Shown in pieces: positions 50,509 to 63,022 of a stretch of DNA of 64,000 nucleotides. The notes below the pieces were generated by a model. The model searched no databases. It was given only the letters and a program-made list of their open reading frames with translations, and was not told the origin of the DNA. The stretch is from Octopus bimaculoides (taxonomy: Eukaryota), in the NCBI RefSeq assembly GCF_001194135.2, contig NC_068984.1:140833861-140897860 (forward strand), written 5' to 3'. The translations under genes and the position numbers were made by a program. Each line of letters opens with the position of its first letter. Position 1 is the first letter of the stretch.

Positions 50509-50700
50509 GAGAATGTACGAAAAAACAACAACAGACAAGGACAGGTGGTGTAAATAACAAAAGGATGTATTAGTATGACGCTCGGGAATATGGAAAGTCT
50601 TTGACGTTTCGAGCTACACTTTTCAACAGAAAGAATACGGAGACAAGGAGAAAAACACGGAGAAAAAAAATTGAATAGTGTTTAGTCAACGGTCAATCAC
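50508..50700 (-). mobile_element. PLE pLTR-like family P1, copy 3, HHR variant at 50597-50635
   Basis: ucuuu-CUGUUGA-A-AAG uguag CUC-GAAAC-GUC-aaaga. Confidence 0.6.
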
Positions 50701-50726
50701 ACACACACACACACATATATATATAT

Positions 50727-51108
50727 CAGGCATGTGCTGTCAGTAATTACTCAGCATAGGCAGTTGGTAATCTTTAAGCAAAACAGGCACGCGTCTGAAT
50801 TGAAGGCAGATTTACTTCTGCCTTTTTAATACATAAAGAAAACAATGTTGTAGGAGTGTACACAGCACGTTTACTACAATACTACTATGCATAGCTTTAA
50901 TACTGAGATTGAAATGCAGGGGCGAATTATGCCTGCCTAATCTACAAAACATTAAAATATTTTGCATTTAATGCAGAGTAATCAGAGTAACCTTCATAAT
51001 TTTATTGAATTAGGTGCATATTTTGCCATAAAAGGAAAATGTTGCTATCAGTCAGTTTTATTGAAAGTAGGCACTGCCTACCTTGACTACCTAGGCAGCA
51101 CATGCCTC
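50727..51108 (+). mobile_element. hAT-like MITE, copy 2
   Basis: TIR CAGGCATGTGCTG / CAGCACATGCCTC; homologous to 13707-14091. Confidence 0.65.
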
Positions 51109-51139
51109 ATTATATGTGTGTGTGTGTATGTATATATTA

Positions 51140-51690
51140 GTGACCGAGATCTTTGAAAATATGCCGTGCGTAAGCAGACCTGGCAAGACAAGTGGCACCA
51201 TAACCCGTGGCCTTTACCAGGGGTGTAGCCAGTCCACTTATGCGTACCTTTCCTTCTTTGGACGCAAAACACTGCTTGCGAAGACCTGCTGAAGCAAGTG
51301 AAATTGAACCAAATTGAACCAAAGCAGCAGTCTTGCTCCCGTGTCAGTGGCACGTAAAAAGCACAATTTGAGCGCTATTGTTTCCAGCTTCGCCTTACTG
51401 GCAGTTGTGCCGGTGGCATATGAACAGAACATTGGACTGACTCCTGTGCAGGTGGCACATAAAAAACACCATTTGAGCATGGCCATTGCCAGTACCACCG
51501 GACTGGCTCTCTTGCCGGTGGCATGTAAAAGCACCAACTACACTCACGGAGTGGTTGGCATTAGGAAGGGCATCCAGCTGTAGAAACTCTGCCAGATCAG
51601 ATTGGAGCCTGGTGTAGCCATCCGGTTCGCCAGTCCCCAGTCAAATCGTCCAACCATGCTAGCATGGAAAGTGGATGTTAAATGATAATG
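51140..51690 (+). mobile_element. RTE LINE 3' end (ORF terminus plus full UTR)
   Basis: Collinear with 2320-3005. Confidence 0.8.
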
Positions 51691-51786
51691 ATATATATAT
51701 ATATATATGTACATATAGATATGCAGGGCAGGGAATCGTCAATTAGTAATAAAATTAATAATCAACAATTTTGCCGGGTAGCTCAG

Positions 51787-51912
51787 TATGTACATATATA
51801 TATACATATATATGTATATATATATGTATGTATATATATATATATATGTATATGTATATATATATGTATGTATATATATATGTATAGATATATATATGTA
51901 TATATATATATG

Positions 51913-51944
<32 letters not shown>

Positions 51945-52272
51945 TGTATATATANNNNNNNNNNNNNNNNNNNNNNNNNNNNNNNNNNNNNNNNNNNNNN
52001 NNNNNNNNNNNNNNNNNNNNNNNNNNNNNNNNNNNNNNNNNNNNNNNNNNNNNNNNNNNNNNNNNNNNNNNNNNNNNNNNNNNNNNNNNNNNNNNNNNNN
52101 NNNNNNNNNNNNNNNNNNNNNNNNNNNNNNNNNNNNNNNNNNNNNNNNNNNNNNNNNNNNNNNNNNNNNNNNNNNNNNNNNNNNNNNNNNNNNNNNNNNN
52201 NNNNNNNNNNNNNNNNNNNNNNNNNNNNNNNNNNNNNNNNNNNNNNNGTATATATATGTATATATATATATG

Positions 52273-52303
<31 letters not shown>

Positions 52304-52516
52304 GTATATATATATGTATATATATGTATATATATATATGTATATATATATATGTATATATATGTGTATATATATATGTATATATATATATGTATATATA
52401 TGTATGTATATATGTATGTATATATATATATGTATATATATATATGTATATATATATATGTATATATATACATGTATATATATATATGTATATATATACA
52501 TGTATATATATATATG

Positions 52517-52548
<32 letters not shown>

Positions 52549-52560
52549 TATGTATATATA
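51787..52560. repeat. Long (TA)n/(TATG) microsatellite with internal gap
   Basis: Direct inspection. Confidence 0.95.
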
Positions 52561-53083
52561 CCATGGAAATGGTAAATGGTTTAGGGCACAAAAGAAATCA
52601 CTTTAAACTTGCTAGAATAACATTTGGGATGTCTCATCTCTAATAGGTATAGATTCAGATGTGTTACCTAAGATTAATTTTGAGGAAGACTTCACACCAA
52701 AAAAAAAAAAAAATAGAAGTCTCTTCAAATATAAATAAAACAGAAATATACACAAAAATAAATGCTATTTTCCATCTTACTGTTGGTTTCTGTTTCAGTC
52801 TGAAAAATTGAAATTTATTTTATGGTTTATTATTGTTTATATTTTGTATTACATATATGTGGGTACACCAAAATCTTTTAAATGCTTAGGGCCTCTAGGG
52901 GTCTTAATATGGCTCTGTATGTATGTATGTATGTGCATAGATAAATAGATTAAATGGAATTGCTCTCAGTTTCAATGTATATTGAAGTTGTTCCCTCAAT
53001 TCTCTTCTCATTGTATCATAGTTTCAGGAACTGAGTATTCAATAGTGACATCTACCTTTAATCTAATCTTCCAATAGAATCGG

Positions 53084-53120
<37 letters not shown>

Positions 53121-53637
53121 GAGAGAGAGAGAGAGAGAGAGCTTGTGTGTGTATGTGTGCTTGTGACGAAGTTGGTCTTTGATCTACAAGTCAAGTTCAT
53201 CAAATGGACTTTCACAAAGTTTACATGAGCATAAAGAACAAGCATGACCGAATGTCTTAGAATTTCTCTTTGATATCACAAAATTCCTGAGAACAGTACC
53301 ATTGAGTGGCGTTCAAGGTCAGTGTCATTGTCTGTGTGTCAAGTGTCCACCCAAGCCATCCATTGTGAATGAAATTGGTTTGAGGATAACTCTGCACAGC
53401 TCCATCCGACCGATTGTACAAGAAAAAAAAAATCAAACATTGTCACATTGTATCAACAGAAACGTGTACCCCTAATTACATTAAGGGTACATGGGTCTGT
53501 TAAGCATTCCACCTGTTGCACACCAGTTGAATGAGCCTTGTAGTTTAATGAAAACTTATGAGTTTGAAATTCTAACTGAAACACACTCATACACGCATGC
53601 ATACACGTATGTACACACACACACACGCGCGTGTATG

Positions 53638-53675
<38 letters not shown>

Positions 53676-53729
53676 GCATTCACTGTTCCTCGTACACAAC
53701 TTTATGTATTTGTAACTTACACTCTGATG

Positions 53730-54049
53730 CATAAATTCTCAAAGTGGGCGCTAAAGCCACCCGATCGCCCCCGGTGGGTGCCAAGACGGTCCAGGTGGGC
53801 GCTGTTAGGATAGAGAAAAAGGATGCGTTGGGAGGAAGGCAGTGGATTGGGGGACGCTATGAATTTATGATATTATTATAGTATTGTATACAAATTTTAA
53901 AATATTATATTAAATATCAAATGATTCATATGTATATATAAATTAGTAAAATATGGAATATTTATTTATATATAAAATAGGGATGGAAGCGCCGTGGGTA
54001 TTATGGGTCAATGAGTGGGGGGATGGCCCCAAAAGTTTGAGAACCTCTG
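53730..54049. mobile_element. hAT-like MITE
   Basis: Right end aaaagtttgagaacctctg; left ttctcaaagtggg degenerate TIR. Confidence 0.5.
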
Positions 54050-54580
54050 CTCTAACGCATCTTTTTATCTACCTATCTGTCACTGTGCTACCATTTTCAC
54101 TATCTCCCTGACCTACACACACATACACACCACTCACAAACGTGTACACATACAGAACCACGCACGACCTCGCAAAGAATCGCAGAATCACACAAGCTTC
54201 TGCATTCGCTACCCCCGTCCCGAGTCCTAAATCATCTGTTAATCTTTGCTTACAACTAAGACAAAATCTCTCTCTCTCTCTCACACACACATGCACCACA
54301 AAAAAAACACACACACACATGCCCACATGTACCACAAAAACACACACACACATGTACCACGCACACTCATACAAATTATATGTATGTCTGTAAGTCCATC
54401 GGTGTCTTACTTAAAACCAGATGCCGTTGGGACGGGGTGCGGTGGGGTGGCTGCTGATAATGGGTGGATGAGGGAGAAGACCTAACTCTCAACTCAAGAC
54501 AACAACAACAAACAACAAACAACAACAGCAACAAAACGATGCGGAAAGGGACGAAGTAGCTGTTAAGAGGCCTTACTTAC

Positions 54581-55200
54581 GACCATTCAATTGTGTTTGT
54601 CCACTTCAACATTACTAAGGCATCAAACCTCCTCTCGTTCTTTCGCTCCTTCAACTCATCAAGTGTGTGTTTGTTTGTTTGTTGTCCTGGCGTAGAATCT
54701 TACGGTAAAATCACTCCAACTTCATAACACCACCGCCGTCTTCCTCGTCTCCTGACTCTCTCCGTCTCACCCACAGCACAGCTTTCTTCACGTATAATAA
54801 TAATACGACAGAACGACGGCACATAATGGGCCACCTCCTTTGACTGGTGGTCATTTACAGCTAGTAGTAGTAGTAGTAGTAGTAGTGGTAGTGGTGGAGA
54901 GCTGTGCTTTTTGTTGTTGTTCGTCGGAGTTTCAGTAGTAGTAGCAGCGATGGTAGTGATGACGAAGGTGGTAAGAGAGGAGGGAGAGCTGATTGGTATG
55001 TGGTACGGAGAGCAGTAGTAGTAGTAGTAATGTTGTTGTTGGTGATGATGGTGGAGAGAAAGAGGGGGGAATTCTGTGTGTGTGTGTTTGTTAGAAGAAG
55101 AAGAGGGGGAAAAGAAAAATATCTGGTCGTTGTAATGGCGGTGGTGATAGCGGCGAAGGAGAAAGTGGGTGGGGAGAGAGATCTTAGATACAGAAGTAGA
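54581..55200 (-). other. Candidate 5' exon/UTR of an unidentified host gene
   Basis: Non-repeat, CpG-retaining, simple-repeat-rich segment; minus-strand donor-like site ggtc|GTAAGTaag at 54581/54580; possible ATG giving MLKWTNTIEW(S). Confidence 0.25.
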
Positions 55201-55619
55201 TAGATAGATAGATAGATAGAACGAGAAAGAGAGAGAGACAGACAGAGACAGAGAGAGAGACAGAGACAGATAGACAGAGAAAGTTTACATTGTCCAATGT
55301 GTCCTTCTTAAACACGGTTGATTTGAGAGAGATTAGGCTACTGTTTTTAACACATCTAGTGACTACGAAAATGTTCTCTAATTGGTTCTTTCGGCGGGGT
55401 TAATGGAAGTAGTAGTAGTAGTAGTAGTAACAGTTTAATCCTGGTTGACTTTTGATCAAGCGGATCTAAGACATTCCATTAATGACTATCCCGAAGAAAT
55501 TAATGGCATTTAAGACTGCATTCTCTCACTACAGACAAGTTTGAAGTGAAGAAAATTTGCCATGAAAGAGATTTGGCAGCTATTTCTAGCCTGACGATCT
55601 ACCTTGTACAGGGTCCCTT

Positions 55620-55652
<33 letters not shown>

Positions 55653-56204
55653 ATGGTAGTAATGGCGGCGGTGGTGGTGGTAACTAGAAAAACAGATCTA
55701 GTCACACCACAATTATAATCAAAATTGTTGTCAAGACAATTGTCAGATTTCATTTTTACTTCTCTGTGTGTGTGTATGTGTTTGGACGTGTGTTTATAGT
55801 TTATGGAGACATGTTTATGTATGTGTGTGCGTGTGTGTGTGTGAATGCGTGCATAGGGGTATGGGTACATGTGTGTGAAAAAAAGTGTTTTACTTTTTAC
55901 TCTGTAGTTAATTGCATAAGTGAATGTATGCATATATACACATACACATATACATACATGCTAATTCTTACATAGAAAAGGTCATCGCTCACATACACAC
56001 ACACACACACACAGACACACACACAAAGACACACACATACATGAGCAAGCGTGGCTGTGTGGTAAGAGGCTTGCTTTTAATCTCATGGTTCTGAGTTCAG
56101 TCTCACTGCATGATACCTTTGGCAAGTATCTTCTACTATAACTTCAGGCTGACCAAAGATTTGTGAGTGGATTTGGTAGATGGAAACTGAAAGAAGCCTG
56201 TCAG

Positions 56205-56470
56205 TTCCACCTGACTAGCACCTGTCCTGGTGGCATGTAAAAAGCACCATTTGAGTGTGGGTGATGCCAGTACCACCTGACTAGCACTCATGCTCTCAGA
56301 GTGGTTGGCATTAGGAAGGGCATCCAGCTGTAGAAACCTTGCTAAATCCGATTGGAGCCTGGTCCAGCCTCCTGGCTTGCCAGTCCTCAGTCAAACTGTC
56401 CAACCCATGCCAGCATGGAAAGCGGACATTAAATGATGATGACAACGATGATAATGATGATGATGATATA
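56205..56470 (+). mobile_element. RTE 3' tail repeat
   Basis: Conserved motifs. Confidence 0.7.
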
Positions 56471-56726
56471 TGTATATATATGAGGTGTGTGTGTGTGTTT
56501 GTCCCCCCCCCCCACCTCCACTTGACAACCGGTGCTGGTGCGTTTACATCCATGTAACTTAGCAGTTCAGCAAAAGAAACTGACAAAATAAATACAGGGC
56601 TTTAGAGAAAAAAAAGTCCTGGAGTCAATTCATTCAAATAAACTCTTCAAGGTGGTGCCCTAGCATGGCCATTGTCCAATGACAAAAACAAATAAAAGAT
56701 AAAAGACATATAGGCATGGCTGTGTG

Positions 56727-56882
56727 CAGGGCCAGCCCTAAGGTTTGTTGGCACCCCGGCAAGCTGAACTTCGGCATGTACAAGCTGATGGTCATGGAAA
56801 TTTCCTTGGTGCCTCCTATCACATGGTGCCCTTCTTCCCCCAGGGGGACTGCCTGAGTTGCTGGTATCTTGAGCCAGCTCTG
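56727..56882. mobile_element. 156-bp hAT MITE with 8-bp TSD, inserted in a family B SINE head
   Basis: TSD GCTGTGTG at 56719-56726 and 56883-56890; termini cagggccagc / gccagctctg. Confidence 0.8.
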
Positions 56883-57227
56883 GCTGTGTGGTAAGATGCT
56901 TGCTTCCCAACCACATTGTTCCACAAGATGGGAGATGCAGCAGTAGCATGAGCCTCTTGCTGGTTATGGAACCAGAGAGAGAGAGAGAGAGAGAGAGGAG
57001 TTATACTGGAAGCCAGGAGGAGATAATGAACAGTGATTTGGCCACCTCTACTGACCCACCGACAGGAGGATGTTATGGTTCAGGGTCAAAGCACCCAAAG
57101 ATAATTGGATACTTTCAGATAACTTGGTGGTTGTTTTAATATCTAAGTTCCACCAATATCCTTTTGACCCATTGGTCTTAACCCATACACACCCCTGCTT
57201 GTGTTTTCGCAGCACAAAACCTGCTCC

Positions 57228-57606
57228 TACTTTGGAGTAAAGATTGTTTGCCAACATAACATGGCAGTCCTGGCTTAAGACAAATGTTGCTGTAATTTTC
57301 TAATTAATAGATCAGTGACTAGTTGTCACTTTGAAAACTATATATTTCGAATGGGAATTTGGCAATGCCACCTCTAGCCGAACAATTATTCTGTGCTGAT
57401 GAAGAGAAATAACCCAGAAATCGTGATACGCAGATATTGTTTAGAGCTGAGTGGGGGTGCTAGATTCCCTTGTTTGAAAATGTAAGGACACAGATCGTGT
57501 CGTATAGCCAGCTGGAGACGATGTCTCCTGGGGCTAAATTACAGCAACATTCGTCCTAAACCAGGACTGCCATGTTATGTTGGCAAACAATCTTTACTCC
57601 AAAGTA
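57228..57606. repeat. 71-bp inverted repeats enclosing a hammerhead
   Basis: 57228-57298 and 57536-57606 are reverse complements with 3 mismatches. Confidence 0.9.
57372..57446 (+). ncRNA. Type I hammerhead ribozyme, canonical core, eroded stem II
   Basis: ctgtg-CTGATGA(57396-57402)-agagaaataaccca-GAAA-tcgtga-TA-cgcag; stem I extends aacaat/attgtt and ctcta/tagag. Confidence 0.65.
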
Positions 57607-57727
57607 CTGTTGCTGAATATCTCACGTTGTGAGATTTACAAATACTAAATTTCCTGCTCCTATTTGTTTGGACGGGAACTCACCAGGAAGCATCCGATTG
57701 AGCATATCGAGACATACTCATATATAT

Positions 57728-57975
57728 TTAAATGATAAATTTCTGGAAAGTTTTACAGATTTTTACAGTTCCAGAGATGGATTGGATCTGTAGTTGGCGA
57801 ATCAGCTTTCTCCTTTCTGGTTTTGAAAAGCCAAATTTTTCAAGATTGGTATTTAGGCAGTGTATTACATATCCCAATAATTACAGGTATAAACCTGAAC
57901 TTGTAATCTGGATAGAGTAACTGCAGATTTCTCAATAGTTCAGCGTAGGTGTTCTCGTTTCCACTGATCTTCAGC

Positions 57976-57977
<2 letters not shown>
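57728..57977 (-). mobile_element. RLE-type (R2/R4/NeSL group) non-LTR retrotransposon ORF C-terminus
   Basis: KLKISGNENTYAELLRNLQLLYPDYKFRFIPVIIGI / NLEKFGFS...LQIQSISGTVKICKTFQKFII*; one frameshift. Confidence 0.7.
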
Positions 57978-58019
<42 letters not shown>

Positions 58020-58649
58020 ACGTGTATACATATGCTTGTATCTATGCATATATGTATGCATGTATGTGTGTATGCATGCATGTATGTGTGTACGTATGTA
58101 TGTATATATTTATGTATGAATGCATGTATGTATTTATGTATGTATGAATGCATGTATGTATTAGTATATTTCTATGCATGAACGTATGTATGTATGTGTG
58201 TGTGTGTGTATTTATATGATTTCTCTATATTTGACGCGGGGTAGCAGCAGGCCTTAAGAAAAAAGACACGCCCTGATATTATGTCTGTCATTCTATGAAG
58301 CAGCCGCCACCACCGCCACCGCCACAGCAGCCACTAGACACCCCCCCTCTCCTAAATATGTTGTCTTCATACTTTTATTATTGAAGGTGTAACAGGTGTG
58401 TTATATGCAAGTATAACAAGATCATATCATTAGATATCACTTGTGATATAGTATTGAGGGTTTTGTTTACGCCCAGGTCAGCTTTGATCCAGCAGACAAC
58501 AATCAAATGTGTTAAAGCCGTGATTTGTTTCTCAACCACATGGTTCCAGGTTCAGTCCTACTGCATGGCACCCTTGGGCAATGTCTTCTATTATAGCATC
58601 AGGCTGATCAAAGCCTTGTGAGTGGATTTGGTTGTTAGTAACTGAACAA

Positions 58650-59045
58650 AGGCGGCTCCAGCTGGCAGAAACGTTAGCATGCCAGGCAAAATGCTTATCG
58701 GCAATCTGTCTGCCGTTACGTTCTGAGTTCAAATTCCGCCGAGGTCGACTTTGCCTTTCATCGTTTTGGGGTCAATAAATTAAGTACCAGTTACGCAAAG
58801 TAAATTGCAGCCTTGCCAGTGTATACTGGTTTCAAATTTTGGCACAAGGCCAGCAATTTCGGAGGAAGGGGTGGGTTAAGCTGATTACACTGACCCCAGT
58901 GCTCAGCTGGTACTTAATTTATCGACCCTGAAAAGATAAAAGGCAAAGTGGCCCTTGGCGGAATTCAAACACAGAATGTAAGGACAGTCAAAATGCCACG
59001 AAAAATTTTGCCCAGAATGCTAATGATTCTGCCAGCTATCTGCCT
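58650..59045. mobile_element. Tail-to-tail pair of family A SINEs (+ 58650-58797, - 58826-59045)
   Basis: Family motifs on opposite strands. Confidence 0.7.
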
Positions 59046-60196
59046 TAGGCTCCATTGTAATAGAAGTGGTTGTTGTTGTTGATATTGTTGTAACAGTGTT
59101 GATAGCTGTGGTGATGGCAGTAGTGGCGGCAGTAGTGGTGGTGGTTGTAGTACTGATGGTAGAGATGGTGGTGCTTTTTTATTTAGCACCAGGTCATCTC
59201 TGACCTGATCAAACAGATCTCTATAACCAAAGACATCCTAGCTGTGGCCACCCAATCTTCTCCCTATGTAATGGGCATCGCAGGGTCCAATGGGTCTTTT
59301 TGTGAGACAATAGTGATGTGACATGAGGGAGACTTGGCTCTTATTTCTAGCAGGTTGAGCAACCATAAAGAGGCTTGCCAAATGGTTTGTTGTTGTTGGT
59401 GGTGGTGTTGGTGGTGGCGGTGATGGTGGTGGTGGTGATGGTGGTAGTGGTGAGTGAAAGAGGAGGTCACTTAATCATTATTCATCATTGCTTGTGTATA
59501 AATGTTCTGGTTGGTGTGTGGGTGAATGATGAATGTTGATAGATATTCCAGCTACTGAACACAGACACACACACACACACACACGCACATTGAGTTAATG
59601 AGGGAACCTCTACACGATCATTCAACTTACAAGAAATAACAACCATTTTGCCTCAAATCACATTCTACTCTCTTAAAAAAGGAAGGGGACACCTTAGTAA
59701 AGTGGTCCTGAGTTCCTTGCACATAGGAAAAAAAGACTGGATGGTCACAGCTGGAATGTCTTTGACCAAGACTAACCTGGGGTAAACACTCACAACAACC
59801 TCAGCAACAATTGGTAAAGACCCCCTTCGGTCAGGAATGACCATGAGATTGCACCTAGGAAGTTCCTCTCCAAGGCACAGGTCCAGGTAAGATTGTTTAT
59901 GGAAGACCAGCAGTCGCTCATGCATACCAGCTTTCTTTTTCTATGCCACTGATGTTGTCCACGGAAAAGGCAAAGGGGCCGATACACCTTGGCACCGGTG
60001 ATGTCACAACTCATTTCTACAGCTGAGTGAACTGGACCAACATGAAATAAAGTGTCTTGCTCAAGAATGCAATACACAACCTGGGCTGGGAACTGAATTC
60101 ACTTTCTCATGATTGTGAGCCCGAAGCTCCAACCACTGAGCCATGCACCTTCACACAACAACAGTTACATACATAATAAACACACACACACACACA

Positions 60197-60238
<42 letters not shown>

Positions 60239-60442
60239 CTCATACATTTTAATGAAGAGTTGTAAATACATAGAGCCGACATTACATCCGCTGTGATACA
60301 CCTCCAGTTAATTAAAACAATATGGAACATTGATGAGATTCCTGATTTAATTGTGAAACCTGATGTATAAATTAGAATTTCTTAATTGATATAATTATTA
60401 TGCTAACATATAATTATTATTATTATTACTATTATTATTATT

Positions 60443-60660
60443 AAGGCAGGGAGTTGGCAGAATCATTAATTCGCCGGATGAAATGCTTAGCAGTATTTTG
60501 TCTGCCGCTACGTTCTGAGTTCAAATTCCACCAAGGTTGACTTTGCATTTCATCTTTACAAGGTTGATAAAATAAGTACCAGTTGACTACTGGGATCAAT
60601 GTAATCAACTAGCCCCCTCCTCCAAAATTTCAGGCCTTGTGCCCTATAGTAGAAAGGATT
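60443..60660 (+). mobile_element. Family A SINE
   Basis: Family motifs, (ATT)n tail. Confidence 0.7.
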
Positions 60661-62444
60661 ATTATTATTATCATTATTATTATTATTAGTGAGAGAGCAG
60701 CACACACCATCAAAATGATGCTGGGGTATAAATATATGAAGTCTGATATACCCACCATGACTACCCATCTGATAAGGGTACACCAGGCACATGCAACATA
60801 ACCACATGTGTGCAATATGGTGCTCAGTGCATGACCTTGCAGATGGGGTCCAGTTAGAGCCTATCCTGCTCAAACGGTCCCTGATGATTCAGTTTCTGAA
60901 GATTATAAACAGCTAACTGGAAATAAATTTAAGGTAAGATTTAAACAGTATCAGCATTCTTTTAAAAATCAGGAAAGATTTTCATTAAATGTAAATAAAA
61001 AATTTATTATTTTTATCCTCATATAAACAGCTCAGTCTTTCCAGACTGGCAATATGTTACCAATTTGGTAAATCTGTTAATTATGTTAAATATGTCAAAC
61101 ATTTGTACCAGATTATATTTCGAAGAGTTATTTTGGCCAAGGAACATGGATAACCACTAGACCTGAATATTGTTTTCTACTATAGGTGCAGGCCTGAAAT
61201 TTTTGGGGAAGGAAGTTTGTTGATTACATTGACCCCAGTGTGCTACTGGTACCTATTTTACTGGCCTGGAAAGGATAAAGGGCAAAGCTGACCTTGGCAC
61301 AATTTGAACTCAGAGTGTATAGTTGGACGAAATGCTGCTAAGCATTTTGCCTGGTACGCTAATGATTCTGCCGGTTCACTACCTTCTCAGACCTGAATAT
61401 CAGTGTTAATTTATGGTGCATCATTATATCAAAGACGAATTAACAAGCATTTACTATGATTGAAATCTTTATTTATTGCTGCTTCATAAAATGTTCTTCA
61501 ATCAGGGTTGAAATCGGTGAGTAAAAAGGAATGGATTCATAGTGAAAAACTTCAATGAAAAGTGAGTGAAAGGAGAACAGTTACTGTTGTAGCCATTGAT
61601 CACATGATCATTAAGGACATACAGGAAAGAGACTTCATCTTCTGCGTCAGGAGTTCTGTCTTTCAGTCCTTTAGTTACAATTTGATGGCATGCTGAAAAA
61701 ATGTGAGCTTTTATCACAGAAAATTTTATATAATCCACCATTCCATGCTGACCAGTAATCAGAAGCCTATACTTAACCTGACCTGTTAACATTCCACTGA
61801 GTTTATACAAAAGAACTTTAATAATGACATGCCATATGAAGCACCCCCCACCCACCCACCGTTTAACAGGTCAACTCACAGCTATTACCACAGCTGTCTT
61901 CATTCTGTCATTTACTACACAAAAGAACACACCTTGTCTCTGTAAAGGGCAACTAGTAGCTTAGAGGATAACAACATAACTATCTTTTATTTAGATATAA
62001 ATGTCCCTAGTTCAATTCTAGTCTGGGACTATGTATATATCCAGGGGAAAAAAATCACTTGATGACAACTATCATCTTAATTATAATCTTGAGTGTGTGC
62101 ATCAATTAAAAATATTACTTAAATGAATTTTTTTTGAATATTGCTTAAACAGTAACGCAGTTTCATGATTTCAATTGCATGGGCACTTTTATAATAATAT
62201 TACCATGAGAACAAGAAATTAAATCAAAAGTGAGTTTGAAGCAGTCGTTTTCCCACATGTCGTTCACAAAGATTTCTAAATAAAAGGACATAATGATGTT
62301 TCCTTCAAACTTTCGTTCATTTCATATTTCAGAAAATACTCAAACAACAAATATTCATGAGAAAATAAAGCTTGATTTACCTGCTGGTGATCAGAAGTGA
62401 GCAGCTTAGAGTAGTGGAAATCAGAGCTTTTCAATTCAACATCA

Positions 62445-62806
62445 TCGTTCAACATCTGTCTTCCATGCTGGCATGGGTTGGATGGTTTGACTGAGGTCTG
62501 GAGAGCCAGTGGCTGCACCAGGCTCCAATCTGATCTGAGAATGTTTCTACAGCTGGATGCCCTTCCTAACGCCAACCACTCCGAGAGTGTAGTGGGTGCT
62601 TTTTATGTACCACCAGCACAGGAGCCAGTCAGGTGGACCTGGCATCAATCACGTTCAGATAGTGCATTTTACGTGCCACCATTCTTTGTAAACCTAGTAC
62701 TTATTCTATCAGTCTGTAATGCCGAACTGCTAAGTTACGGGGACGTAAACACACCAGCATCAGTTGTCAAGCAATGTTGGGTGCAGGACAAACACAAACA
62801 TATACA

Positions 62807-62856
<50 letters not shown>

Positions 62857-63022
62857 CTTGATGGGCTTCTTTCAGATTCTGTCTATCAAATCCACTCACA
62901 AGGCTTTGGTCGACCCAAAGCTATAATAGAAGACACTTGCCCAAGGTGCTACGGTGCCACGCAGTGGAACAGAACCCAGAACCATGTGGTTGGTAAGCAA
63001 GCTACTTACCACACAGCCACTC
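62445..63022 (-). mobile_element. RTE tail repeat followed by a family B SINE
   Basis: RTE tail 62445-62680; SINE 62690-63022. Confidence 0.7.

Noticed and set aside
57955-57975. CTGAAGA-tcagtg-GAAAC on the minus strand
   Set aside because: Falls in LINE coding sequence (KLKISGNEN), with no NUH triplet or stems
61502-61855. 117-aa minus-strand ORF in unique sequence
   Set aside because: No recognisable domain or splice context; this length is expected by chance
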